A DNA stretch of 63,469 bases, filler included, from Bigelowiella natans CCMP2755 (lineage: Eukaryota; Protista; Cercozoa), in assembly GCA_000320545.1 (NCBI GenBank). It is 5 parts of 5 records of this genome, joined end to end, with 100 filler letters (N's around TTAATTAATTAA, not from the genome) between each part and the next. Parts side by side here need not be neighbours in the genome. Positions count along the whole stretch, not along the records: positions 36,295 to 47,270 come from ADNK01002965.1; positions 47,371 to 59,991 come from ADNK01003426.1; 3 more parts are not named here. One strand, written 5' to 3'. Position numbers and translations under genes: made by a program. This document shows, in pieces, positions 37,421 to 54,988 of the stretch (its first letter is position 1; each line of letters starts with the position of its first letter). The notes below the pieces were generated by a model that was not told where the DNA came from, ran no database searches, and worked only from the letters and a program-made list of their open reading frames with translations.

Positions 37421-39269
37421 TCTAGTAAAGGAAACTAGCAAAGAACCAGCGCTGCGTTTAGCTACGACGTACACAGCAGTACGGCTGTGAGCAGCATGCA
37501 TTAGACATGCAAGCATGTGGCAATGCAAAGCTAGAAAGGCACTATAGCACCGTTTTTTCGTGTGTGTGGAAGTTTCGTCGTGTTATTCGTTCAAAAGTCC
37601 TTTTGGGCTCATTTCATCTTCTTGCATGAAAGCACAGTAGTGATGCCCCAATGCACTATAGACACAATATATGTGACATATATATGACATGTAATACACA
37701 CGTGTGTCTATTGCATGCAGCCATGCCTAGATGCGGACACACAGCGCTAGCAGTATAGCAGAGCGTACAGGTGGCATGCATGGCTGACGACGAAGCTCAT
37801 CCAACGCTAGAACGTATGCATATACATGTACGTATCAGACAAAATCATAGCTAGCTGCTAGGCACTGTGCATCATCATCGTGAATTTTGAGTGTCATGCA
37901 GTGTTGCATCTTCGAATCACAAACTCCACTACTAGCAGACTAGTCCATGTCAACGACGGACTCGAAAAACTGTGTGTTGTATTTTGTGTCTTGCATCTCG
38001 CATCCAATTCTCCCCCACGTGACCTGCAGCAGTTGCATGGTGGTGCGACTCGTGCCTTGTTGATGACGCAAAACAAACATGTCACCTTCAAGTGGGGCAT
38101 GCTGCACGTCTAGACGTGTCGCCATCACACCATGCATGTCGACAATGTCATCATTTTCGATTCACGCGCGATGCTGCGCTCTGCAGACTTGGAAACTTTA
38201 CTTTCGAGATTTGATAATTCGGAAAATACTAAAGCATAAAATTCTAAAAATAAATCCTTTAGAAAAAAATCCGATACCTTGTTGTCTTAAAACTTTTAAA
38301 ATAATTTTGTCATCATTAATTAAAGGAATTAATCTATCAATCGGTGTTGTGTGCATGCATCACATTGTGCGCCATGCAAGCCAAGGCACAATTAGACAGG
38401 AAGCAGCAGTTCTAGCTTGACCATGCATGCAGCCTCAATTCGATCATGCAATGCGATCATGAAAACCTGGATCGCTGCGCGGCCTCATTGGTCAAGGAAT
38501 CCGGTGTTTGCTAGTTTGTGCGCATTGCGCGGATCGAGTGTGCTTCTACGACATCGTACTTGGCGACGATGCGAGCACGTGTGGTGCGATGCGCAATTTG
38601 GCACGTCAGGATGTCGTGTTTGCTGTCTGTGTACGCGTCGCATGCATATCAGTGCTAGGCGGCATTGTGTGAGAGCACAGCTACACGTTCATGCATTGTC
38701 GCAGATGTCCCATGCGCACCTGGTTTCAAGGCATTTCTAGATTTCTCACTCGAACCCTGCGATGCTATGCTAGCACGGTACATTGATGCAAAGCGCACAT
38801 ACAAGCGAAGAGAAAGAGAGGAGAGAGCATCTCAAACCAGCCAGCATTTCTCGAGAGCATTTTTATATTTTACCCTCTTATCACGCACCATGCAGTGATG
38901 CCACGGGGTTGGAATGGAAGCTACATCTCTCATTACGGAGGTGATTAAATTCTCAAGCATTATCGAAAAATGAAAAAGGGAAGATTGGATGGCAGAGACA
39001 TATTAGGGCATGCTGGGTGTACTTGTAGAGCTTACGGATGCTGGGGAGGGCACGCATAGATTCATCCCTTACATGATAAAGTTGTGTGAAAAAACTTGGC
39101 GATTCTATGATCTTCGGAGCCATGATGGGCAGTTTCCTTGACCTCGCATTGTGTTGTCCTGGTTTGCATAAATCAATCAAATACTCGCACTACAAACTGC
39201 ATACATTGTGTTGTGCACGACGCAATATCTAGATGCTTTAATGAGTCAAACAGGTTTTCTGGTATGTGC

Positions 39270-39358
39270 TCAGATATTTATAACCACCGTTGAGTGACTG
39301 ATGCAGGGATGGAAATCGCTTTGCTGGGAAGATGTCCAACTCATTATAGAGACCTAGG

Positions 39359-39398
<40 letters not shown>

Positions 39399-40176
39399 TA
39401 TACTTTTCATTTTATTACATGTACGCTACTATTTGCAAGTACTAAACTGAGATTCTGTACGATGGAGGCAGCGGACCCTTCGATAACGCCCTCCCCCCCC
39501 TCCCCCCCACCCCCCCCCTCCCCTCTCTCTCTCTCTCTCACTCTCTCGCTCGCTTGCTCAACACGAATTCATAAGCCATACTAACCGTAGGCGCCGATGT
39601 GGGCGATGGCGTGCCGACCATGAATCGAGTTGCTTGCCCGGCGCATGTGTAATGCCAGTTCCTTATCCTCGCGTTGGCCGCTGCATAATAGTTTGAGCCA
39701 GCGTAGAAAGACCCGCTTGGAATGGCTGCCGCCATGCGCCCTTGGTTTTTAGTGCACTGTACAGCGCCATTGAGAAAATACTTGAACACGCCTCCGGACA
39801 CCTCGACTTTAATAGAGGACCAGCTGTTCAGAGGTAGCTGCGACGGAAAGTCGCACGTCTGTGTCGCAGCACCATCCCAAGTATGAATTCGGATTTCCCT
39901 TGTGCTCGGTTTGATCCAAACCCCAGGATTCACGTACTTCCAGCCGCTGCCGCTGGAGGGACTATCGATCGTTATTACATTCTCGTAGCTCCCCGAAGAA
40001 GGCGCCAGTAGAAAAACATCAAAACTGGTTGAGTACTCCTCGCACATCGGCCCAGTGGTCACCACATTGTTTTGTGTGACGGTTATGGTTTGCCCATCGA
40101 CGAAAGGCGTGAGTAGTAGAATTAGGAGAGAGGCAGGGTACTGCCAGGACAATACGGGGCTGCTCATCGCAGTCAT
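39270..40176 (-). CDS. Secreted LamG/concanavalin-A-like domain protein with short PT linker (3' end uncertain)
   Basis: Signal peptide (SLLILLLTPFVDG); beta-rich domain with PGVWI, LPLNSWSSIKV, KYFLNG, FYAGSNYYAAANARIRN; then PSPTSAPT. Confidence 0.65.
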
Positions 40177-40869
40177 TGTCCTAGTGCATCGCCCTCTTTC
40201 TCTTATGCTTGGGTATGCCAGTTGTGTGCTAATAAGAGCATTATTAAGGTTTCAAAAAGAGCATGGGATGTCGCAGGACTAATTCCTCCTGCTCTTTCCA
40301 AAGGCTTTTCAAATGGTATGGTTCATCTGCACTTATTTTTGATCAAGTCGGCATGATGGCAACACCGATTGGCTAAAACATGTAAATAAACTCCGCCTTC
40401 CGAGGCCGCACATGTCATGAACGCGCTTGGTTGATACTTCATTTTGTCGGTTTCCGCCATTCGAACCGTTAAGCGGAAATGAAACCGACGACATGAAGTT
40501 CACCGAAGCACGTTTTTCGCAGGAAACACCACGGATTTGTGACCGCGACAAGGATTATTCCGATTTATGATTGATAATCTCGTTTTTGTGCACTAACTCT
40601 CGCATTTAGTACTTTAGGTATACATTTGCTGTCGCACATTATAAATGTCATGCTTTTGGATCTTGATATTGTTTTCGGAGCCAGCCTTTTAGCACCCGAA
40701 TTTCGCCTATATTTATTGTCGCGAAATATAAATGCCATGCTTTTCGATTTTTTGAGGAAATTTGCCTTTTGCCTTGCACAAGCCAGACAAGCCACTCCCC
40801 ATCCTCCTTTTAACCGACTGAGGATGGTGACGCCAAGGTACTTTTATGGGTTGTGTATGTCCATTCAGA

Positions 40870-46069
<5,200 letters not shown>

Positions 46070-46863
46070 AGAGACGATGGCGAGATCGAGCAGCAGCGAT
46101 GGACATGAGAGGGAGAGGATGACACACAGTGAGGGAACCCACGTTCATTCTTTCTTATTTTCCCCGCACACATCATCTATATAAGCCGGCGGTGTTGTCC
46201 GCGCAATCAAGTCAATGCGCTTCATGTTCCATTCAATCGGCCAATTTCGAGGGGCGACATGGCGAACTGTACTTGTTGCTACGCACACGGACTACTTGTG
46301 CTACATCTCCAGATCTTCTTTTGTGGTCAAATCTTCTCCGCCAAACACGTACAGCAGTAGCTGATGTCATTCTGTAAATAAAGGCATTTGTCATCGTGTT
46401 GATGCTGGTGCTCTTTGAAGTACTGACTTGTGTCATCTAGTCGAGCATGTGTGGAGTGCGCGCCATCTAATCATGCGTTCGGATAAGTGCCAAAAGTGCT
46501 CACATCATGCACCATGGTTGACCGCACATTGAAGATGATAGATGTCATGTTGCTGTGTCTGTTATAAAGCTAGACAGTGCTAGAGTGCTAGAGTGCACAT
46601 GCTCGTTCTGGCCTCACCTTAGATGAAAAGAAGGACGAAAAATCGTTGCGCTGCCATGCTTCCGCCAGTTTTTTGGTTGCTTCTGAGACCAGACTTTGCT
46701 TGAAAGTTGTGCAACTAGGTCATGCGTACGAATGGAGACTCATTGAACATCAATGCTCGTTTGTTTCTGCTGTTGTGTGTTTCTTGCATTCAAAAGCAGA
46801 ATGTTCTGTTAACGAACGTTCATTTGATGTGTCGCGCAGTGCATGCATGTGCATGTCTCCTGT

Positions 46864-46979
46864 GATTGTGAGTGGTTTTTGCCTTCAAACCACTCGTAGT
46901 TCGATTGTGAGTGGTTTTTGCCTTTGAACCACTCGTAGTTCGCGAACTGTGAGTGGTTCAAAGGCAAAAACCACTCACA
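46864..46979. repeat. Tandem 39-bp unit plus inverted copy forming a 74-bp near-perfect palindrome
   Basis: The unit gattgtgagtggtttttgcctt(ca/tg)aaccactcgtagttc occurs twice (46864, 46903), followed by an inverted copy at 46943-46979; centre agttcgcgaact. Confidence 0.9.
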
Positions 46980-47270
46980 CAAAAGGAAAGGTCGTGTGAT
47001 CGAACTGATCAACCCGTTTTCCTTCCGAGTGCACCGCCTCTGATTCGCACGCTCCAGGTTGCACATTGGCTGCTTGTCTTGCTTTGTCTTCTTTTTGAAC
47101 TTGTTTTTTTTCCTTGTCTTGTTCACTCAGAGATTGCTTCTTCCTCACATTGCACTTTTGATTTTTGGAATTTTCTCATTTTTGCTTCAGACCCGACTTT
47201 TTTGTGTTTTCACTTTTGTTTCAACTTTGTTGACCATTTTTGCTTCCTGACCAAGCTTCGATCCACCACC

Positions 47271-47370
47271 NNNNNNNNNNNNNNNNNNNNNNNNNNNNNN
47301 NNNNNNNNNNNNNNTTAATTAATTAANNNNNNNNNNNNNNNNNNNNNNNNNNNNNNNNNNNNNNNNNNNN
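47271..47370. other. Assembly gap with artificial linker
   Basis: N44-TTAATTAATTAA-N44. Confidence 0.97.
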
Positions 47371-47775
47371 GGCAACCCCGGAAGGGTTGGCGGGAAGTTT
47401 CAAAACCATGTAGGTCGGTAACAAAAACTGTTTTTTTATATTTTCTCTAAAAGGAAGGGTATTTTTTTCCGTAGCAGCACCAATGGACCGGGAAGTTTTC
47501 CCTTCCCCCCCCCCCCCCCCCCAACCCCCTCCAACTTAGATCGTGGGCCAATCTATTGTCATTTTCTTCATCATCACGTTCGCATATCCCGTGGCAGTGT
47601 GCTGCAAGCCTTCTTGCTATCAATGCCGTCAAAATAAAAAGGTCTATAGGGGGTTTCATAATGCACAAATACCTATCTACTCTACTATGGTCTTTCTCTT
47701 TTCTTTTCTGATTGTGCCCATCCCCCCTTTTCCCCCTCACTCCCCCCCCCTCCCTCTCACTTCCCTCGTTTTCGT

Positions 47776-48239
47776 TTAGTGTTGGGATAAGTGTTGTAAG
47801 TGTTGCTGTTGTGAGCCAGAGGCTCGCACGCAGTATATGCTGAACACGCGGATGTATGGGCCAGAATGGGTAGTAGCACACTCTGTCATCGTCGTACGTC
47901 ATCATTGGAGAGACGAGAGGATTCTCGCCAAGAAATACCATTTTCCCGCACATTAAAGATTTGTCCTCGTTTCTCTATCTCTGCTTCATCCTCAATAACA
48001 ATCCCTTCGCTATGTTTTCACGTTCCTTGCTCTTACACATCCCCCCCCCCCGCCCAACCTCCCCCCATCGCCTCCCTTGCCACCTTGGTACTGTTCCTTC
48101 CTGAAACTCGCAGCAAGTCGCAGAGCGCTACGCCGTTCTCATGAACATTTTCTTCACGGCATTTGTCTACATGACTGCCCTCCCCGTTGTCCCGCTCCTC
48201 TCGCTGGGGTGAGTGAGTGAGTGAGTGAGTGAGTGAGTG

Positions 48240-48310
<71 letters not shown>

Positions 48311-48510
48311 AAAAAAAGGGGGGGAGGGTTGTAGCATCACTTGTGACGACTTTCTCTGCGAATTGTATTTTGTACATCTTAAACACCAATCATGAAACTA
48401 TGAGATCGATAGTCCACACAAGCTGTTCAGCAACATGAGCAATAACAACAACAACCACCACCACCACGATTTCAACGAACTAAGTCTACTCTTGGCGTTA
48501 TTATTATTAC

Positions 48511-48549
<39 letters not shown>

Positions 48550-48768
48550 TATTATTATTATTAGATACCTCATCGTCACGTACTACGTTGATCGGTATGC
48601 GTTCTTGCGCTACTACAAAAAGCCAAGGAAGCTTAATTACGACATCCCAGTGATGGTTATTAAAATACTGCCGTGGGCTATCATCCTGCACGCTCTGGCA
48701 TCTATGTGGTTTTTCTCCTCACCAACATGGTAAATATACTACGACTCTAGCACTACTATTACTACTGC

Positions 48769-48816
<48 letters not shown>

Positions 48817-49182
48817 TCTGGTACTCTCACTTCCTCTTTCTCGGTTTGCTTGCTTATGTTTGTGTGTGGTGTGCATGCAAATGGCCGTCTCCCCAACCGT
48901 CAGGACCCCTGCGCCATTGCCATCGAGCTTAGCAAGCGCCGAAAACGTAATGAAGACGTTGAGGCTTGGGCATCTGGCAAACTTCCAGTCCTTCTTTTTC
49001 TTTGTAAGTAACCCCGAAGCTGCTGCTGCACGCGTGTGTTGGTCGATGCATGCTAGGTTGACCATTCTCTCCTCGTTCCACAGGCAGTAGCTGTCCTGAT
49101 GGGGGTCTACATCCTCTATGAGAAGTTCAGGGGCTCGTGCGCACACCACTCGTAAGGAGACAGAGAGAACACATCAGCAGCC

Positions 49183-49261
<79 letters not shown>

Positions 49262-49399
49262 TCATGATGAAGATCGACCCTGTCCGTACTCATTCATGTG
49301 GCAACGATGCCTATTCATCGAATCTCGGTAAAGATGATGATGATGATGATGTTTCCTCGCCACTCGCTTTTGCAGGAGGTGGCTGGAGTTCCAATACAT
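47776..49399 (-). CDS. Hypothetical multi-exon protein
   Basis: Coding-like open segments between microsatellite introns (CARAPELLIEDVDPHQDSYCLW, DWKFARCP, VALCDLLRVSG, CYYPFWP); no family recognised. Confidence 0.35.
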
Positions 49400-49588
49400 G
49401 ACTGACGATCCTGAGGACGTACGCTACCAACACTAATGCTGTGTGACGTTCAAGCATGTTTTTGCTTTCCCAAATCACGTTACCATTGGCCACGTCTTCC
49501 TTGGCTATAAATGTGTCTTCTTGCCGTTTTTAAACGTAAGCAATGTCGAATCATCGATTAAATCGATACATTTTGTGGTTGGTTGCAG

Positions 49589-50179
49589 ATGAATGCCGCG
49601 AAGGAAAAGACCTATGTGCGTCAGAGAGAGGCCCACCAACATAGATGATTACGCTGCAGAAATCAATCAGATTGCACCCCTTTCCCCCCTCCTCATTTTC
49701 GTACTCTAAAAGACTATGAATATTTTCGAAAAATTCTTCTGATGTTTTTTGTATTTCCGGGGGGGGGAGATATTAACATAGTGAGCAGCTTTGCTCTCTC
49801 ACTCTCTCCGCCTATATCGTCGCTTGTTCTCTTTTTCTCCATTTTTCCTTCTCATCCTCCCATTGATAGTCATGATTGTGCTCGTCGTCATCGTCGCCTT
49901 CACCTTTCGATAGGAGGAATCTGTGGACAAGAACCAAGGCTCTTTCGGGTCATACAAAGTCACAGATGGCTTGGAGTATTTCAAGGTCTCGAGTGTGGGG
50001 GGGGTGTGGAAAAGGAGAGGGAGGGAGAGAGGGGGGGGTGGGGGAGGAAAAGGGCCTTCTCGCCCAAAGTACGTGTTGCTATTCCGTTTGATGACGCAGC
50101 TTCGATTTTTTTCCTCTCTTGCCTTCTCCGTGCCTGCTTGCTCTCATTGAATACCACAAGAACCAACCGCTGCACACAA

Positions 50180-50225
<46 letters not shown>

Positions 50226-50424
50226 AGGCCTTCCTTAAGTTTGAGGCTTGGCCCGGAGAGGAGGAGAAAAAGGACGATAAGAAGCAAGATTCGAAGGAGG
50301 AGGATGAGAAAAAAAATGAGGATAATGTACTTTGCGCAATGGATGATGATGATGATGCATGTGGTGAAGATAAAGAGGAATTATAGAATAATACTGTACT
50401 TTCTCCTACCGTTACTTTCTTTAT

Positions 50425-50462
<38 letters not shown>

Positions 50463-50755
50463 ACCGACGTAGATTTCGTTGAACTTTATCATCATCACCA
50501 CCACCATTACCATCATCATCATTGACACCGCCATTCCTTCAGACTGTAACAGCTGAAGAACTTTCGAAAGCCATGGCAAAGGCTGACGAGCAAGATGCTA
50601 AGAACAAGGAGAAGCTCAAAGCGATGAGAGCGAATCTCCAGGATGGTAAATGCCGCCCCCTTTTCCCCATGCTGCCCAGACATGCTGTAGAATAGAAAGG
50701 AGGAGGACGCTTATATCAAACTATATTTTAGTTTCTCACTCTTCATTCTTCCTCT

Positions 50756-50809
<54 letters not shown>

Positions 50810-51157
50810 TGTTACTAATGTCATCGGCTACCGTCCCTAAATTAGGTGAAATGATAGTAGAAATGGCACCTCATGGATTTCTCCAATATGTCATGGTGGG
50901 GCTGTGGAGGGGAGTTTGGTGGGGGAGTGGGGGGGGGGGGGGGGACCAAATCCGGAAAAGTTGAACTGTGTGGGTGCGTCCTGCATGTGGGTCAACTTAT
51001 TTCAAGCAATGGAGTGGGAGGGGAACACGTATCTGGTTATGTCGCTTGCTACGCTCATCATCATTATTATCATCATCATCACCATCACTATCATCATTAT
51101 CATCAGGTCCCATGCCAGAAATGCAAGAGACAATTCACAATCGCAGATGAAGGGTAA
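49589..51157 (+). CDS. Small charged hypothetical protein with C-terminal CxxC (start uncertain)
   Basis: In-frame exons EESVDKNQG..|AFLKFEAWPGEEEKK..|TVTAEELSK..|GEMIVEMAPHGFLQYVM|VPCQKCKRQFTIADEG*. Confidence 0.55.
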
Positions 51158-52649
51158 CAGCTGAGAAACAAGAGATCGCCTCGCCGCATGCAACCCCACC
51201 TTTCTGACCAAGATAACTAGTAGCCTTACTACAATAAGTAGCGCCGCTTTAAAATACCTAGCTTGAAAAGATAGATCTAGGCAATTTGTAGATTCCGATT
51301 ACCACAATTTGAGGCTCAGCTACGGCTTCGTTGCGGGGCCAAAACCATACGATGATGCGATTATTCCTTTACCACTCAGTACCACAAATGTGAAGGTTGT
51401 AACGAATATGATGCTGCTGTTTGCCGGACATATGTATTAGGTATTCAAAGGAGTACAACTGCCCGTTCTGCGGAAGAAGCTCCCTCTATTAATTAACCGC
51501 CGCCGTTTCCCATAGGGAGACACACTTCTTCTTGCCAACGCAGCTATTTGGCCCTTGATGGGTTTTAGATAGGCCGCGCGAAGCCCGACTGCTACACGTT
51601 TCCGACCATGGTGAATGTTCATCCTTAAACCACCGATTTGTAAATTTGCTTAACACTGCTGCTGGCACATTGCATTGGTTTGCCCGCGTTGTTATTACAT
51701 ATACACAGTATGTGCGCTGAGCAATAAGCATTCGACGAACAACGTAAGTAGGCCTCATCGCGTGCATGGACATGCGACCTATAGCGCAGCACAGCGAATG
51801 TGCCCGCATGGCGCTGTATGTCGTCAATTGTGCGCCACATGGCCAATCATGCTTGTCGGCAGCAATGTTTGCGTGTGGATAAAATGTGCATTAGCGTCTG
51901 TATTAGCGTGTTTCTGTAGTGTTTAAATGCATACGCTAGTCAGCAAACAACTTTAGCCGCCGCTAGTGCTGCTATACATACGCTACATATTAGTTACAGT
52001 GGGATGACTATTGGAAAGATTTAATTATTACTTCATCACATCCGTATATCGCAGTCAGCAATTGAGCATGCGATGCTATCTAGCTATGCACAGTTGCACA
52101 CATGTGTCAACATCGATACGTGCGTGCTGTGCGCCCACACAGCAATAAGAGATATATATTATGCAAAAGATGCATATGCTCTCTTGTAGCATTTATAATA
52201 AGAGCATCACACCATTGTAAAGTCAATCATTTTTGTGCATGCACCGCATCATGCATAGGCAGACCAGCACATTGCAGCAGGGACGAGCAGCTGGCGATTT
52301 CACTGCATTATATAATGCATATAGTCGCAGCGTGCTATTATTACTTCACTTGATTAGCACTTTTTATTACTTGTTATACACATACGATTCAGCTATTGCG
52401 GGGGAACTATCAACGAATGATTGGATTCTATACTATCAGGGTTGACGAGGTCAGTAGTGTCATCAGACTTACAAATCAAATTCAAGAATCAATCTAAGTA
52501 ACCCTCATTATCTCTGAGAGTTTCTGCCAGCTCTGCTTTCTTCGGCATTGGGTCTTCTCTGGATTGAGTTGCGTGCGAAGCTTTCGGAGCCAGTAGAACA
52601 GCCATTCCCATGCTCCTTCCACAACAACCAGCATCATGGATGAGACCGT

Positions 52650-53729
52650 CTACTTCAAGCGATCGAAGAAGTCCCTAAACATTGGAGACATATCATGAAA
52701 TTAAGGCGGGAGAATATCGCAGCTGAGCAAAAGATATGATATTGAAACTAATAAGCTCTCACAGGTAGTTTTGCAGCCTTTCAGCGAACTCATCCCTGCT
52801 TTTCGCGCCCTCCTTATCGTCAGTATCGAGGAATCTGTAATATGATCGTTTCTTCTTCCCCCCTTTCTTCACTTGCGTGAGGATGAGCTCTTCAAAGTCT
52901 GTCGGGTTGCATTCGTAGCCCGAGACGCCTTCCACCAGGGACACCTCCGATGACAGCTTGAGGGTTCCATCACTTTGGAGCGCATGCTTCATCTGTGGGA
53001 AGGGGCACGGACAAATAATCACGACATTGGAGGGAGATAATAATGCTCGCTTAAGCAGACTCACCTAGAATCATTCCTCGTGCGTTTCGAGTTAAAAAAA
53101 CGACAGAAACGCATAGAACCAAGTGAATGGGCCAACCCCCCCCCCCCCCCCCCCTCCCCTCTCTCTCTCACCTCTTCTTTCGTCGACGAGACGTAAAGAG
53201 AAGCGACTCCATCTAAGTCATGTCGTCGTAGGTAAAAGTAAAGATCCTTCCATCCCTTCGTCGTTGATTTCTTCTGCACTGGCCCTTCCCAGAAGCCCAG
53301 GCGATTTTGAAACTTTAAAAGGGAGGAAGGGGGGAGAATCAATCTTAGCGATGCTAGGAATTAATGAAAAGGATGATTATGTCGTCATCATCGTTCGGAC
53401 CATAAGAATCTGGAGAGGAGTCAGCTTCTTCCTTACCCTTGCCCTCAATACTGACGAAAAAGCAATTCAACAACTTATGCACGTTCATATCTTCATTCCC
53501 GATTTAATTTCCTCTACCGTTTCGCTCCTGTTTGGTCATATTCTTCCTTTTCCCTCTCTTTGGCGAGATAACTCTAGAGAACTTTCCATCACTCGATCCC
53601 CATGGAGACGCTAAGGTAGCATTCTCGTCGTCATCCTCAGAGTCCGATTCGATCACAATCGTTTTATTTTTGTCCTGCGAGCTGACGACAAACAATTATT
53701 ATTATAGAAGTCGTGATTATCTGTGTTTA

Positions 53730-53777
<48 letters not shown>

Positions 53778-54294
53778 CATTCTTTTGTTCAAGAAAAAGA
53801 AGGACAGAAGCTCTGACGGGGGTGGGTTAGAACGACTTACTATTTCAAATCTGAGAACTTTCCTTGCATTTTTTTCGAAGTCTTCTTTCCCCCTATTCAG
53901 TAAGAAAGCGAATGAGAAATACGAACATATCCAGCAGCATCACAAGACTGGTACCTTTGTTGTTGGTGTTCAAAATGGAGCTGTTGGGAGAGGTTGTGGG
54001 CGTCGTCACTGCTTTCCTCGAAGGATTTCTCCGCGAAATTCGCGTAACAGATTGAGTTGGCCTGTGAATATCAGCCAATATTGACGCATCTGGGATCTCC
54101 GGAGCCCCCCTCCTCTTCGGGGAGCTGCCTCTTTTCTTTGAGGAACGTTTCTGAGAACGTTTACCGGATCGGGGAGAGCGAGGACTTCTCTCAGGGCTTT
54201 TGGGGGTCTTTTCAAGTGGATTTTTGCTGCCTCGAGCGGTTGGAGGCGGTGGCGCGACAATACGATTATTGCAACATGCAAACCAACTCATCAT
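52650..54294 (-). CDS. PH-domain protein with N-terminal di-Cys and SP/basic low-complexity region
   Basis: N-terminus MMSWFACCN with SPR-rich segment. PH-like WEGPVQKKSTTKGWKDLYFYL...SYYRF...RDEFAERLQNYL|DFFDRLK*. Confidence 0.65.
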
Positions 54295-54335
54295 GTTTGA
54301 TGAAGTGTTAGCGTATGTCTTACGCAAAGCAAGAC

Positions 54336-54375
<40 letters not shown>

Positions 54376-54988
54376 CTGTATTTATTTAGTCCTCCTCTCC
54401 ACACAGTAGCGAATGAGCCGGCTAGCGAGTGTAAATTTTATCTTCAGTCGATTGAAAGAGGGATGGCTTTGCAACGCTCTTCTTCGAAAGGTTTGTTGAC
54501 TCTCTGAATGCAGGAGAATCAAGGGAGCGAGTATTACCTGTTGGCAAACATTAAGACATGTCAGCCCCCGCCGATGCGCTGTGTTTATGAGGCAAGCAAG
54601 AACATACTCTGGCTCTTGGGAGTTCCAGCCTGAAGCAGCGTAACCTCAGCCTACAGTTTGGCAAGCTAATAGGTGACTGATGGCTGAAAATGGGGTTAGA
54701 TCTAGACCTTGTCTGGGTCGTTCGATCGGGAACGTTTCGGCGTCTGGTAGCGCCATCATCGGAATCGGTGGAAATACCCTACATTTATTAACTACGACAA
54801 TGATAAACACCTCAATTTATTACCTGCGACAAGGAGGATAGGCAATCGAGAGACGATCAGAAAGAACGAGAACGTTCTGGGCATTGCTTAAGGGCGAAGT
54901 ATTGATGATTTACGATTTGCGGCATGACTAAATCCATGTCGCATGTATATAAACGCCGATCAATTTCCGAGTGATTCCTTCGCCTGGG

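Noticed and set aside
40850-40868. Possible 19-nt intron giving a start codon for the Reeler-DOMON-b561 gene
   Set aside because: It restores the frame, but other nuclear introns here are about 50 nt or longer; unsupported without cDNA.
46864-46979. CRISPR-like palindromic repeats
   Set aside because: There are no unique spacers, one copy is inverted, the context is eukaryotic, and no cas genes are present.
51160-51650. Possible ncRNA in a complex, SSR-free intergenic stretch
   Set aside because: No tRNA, snRNA or snoRNA box pattern could be recognised; it is likely 3' UTR.
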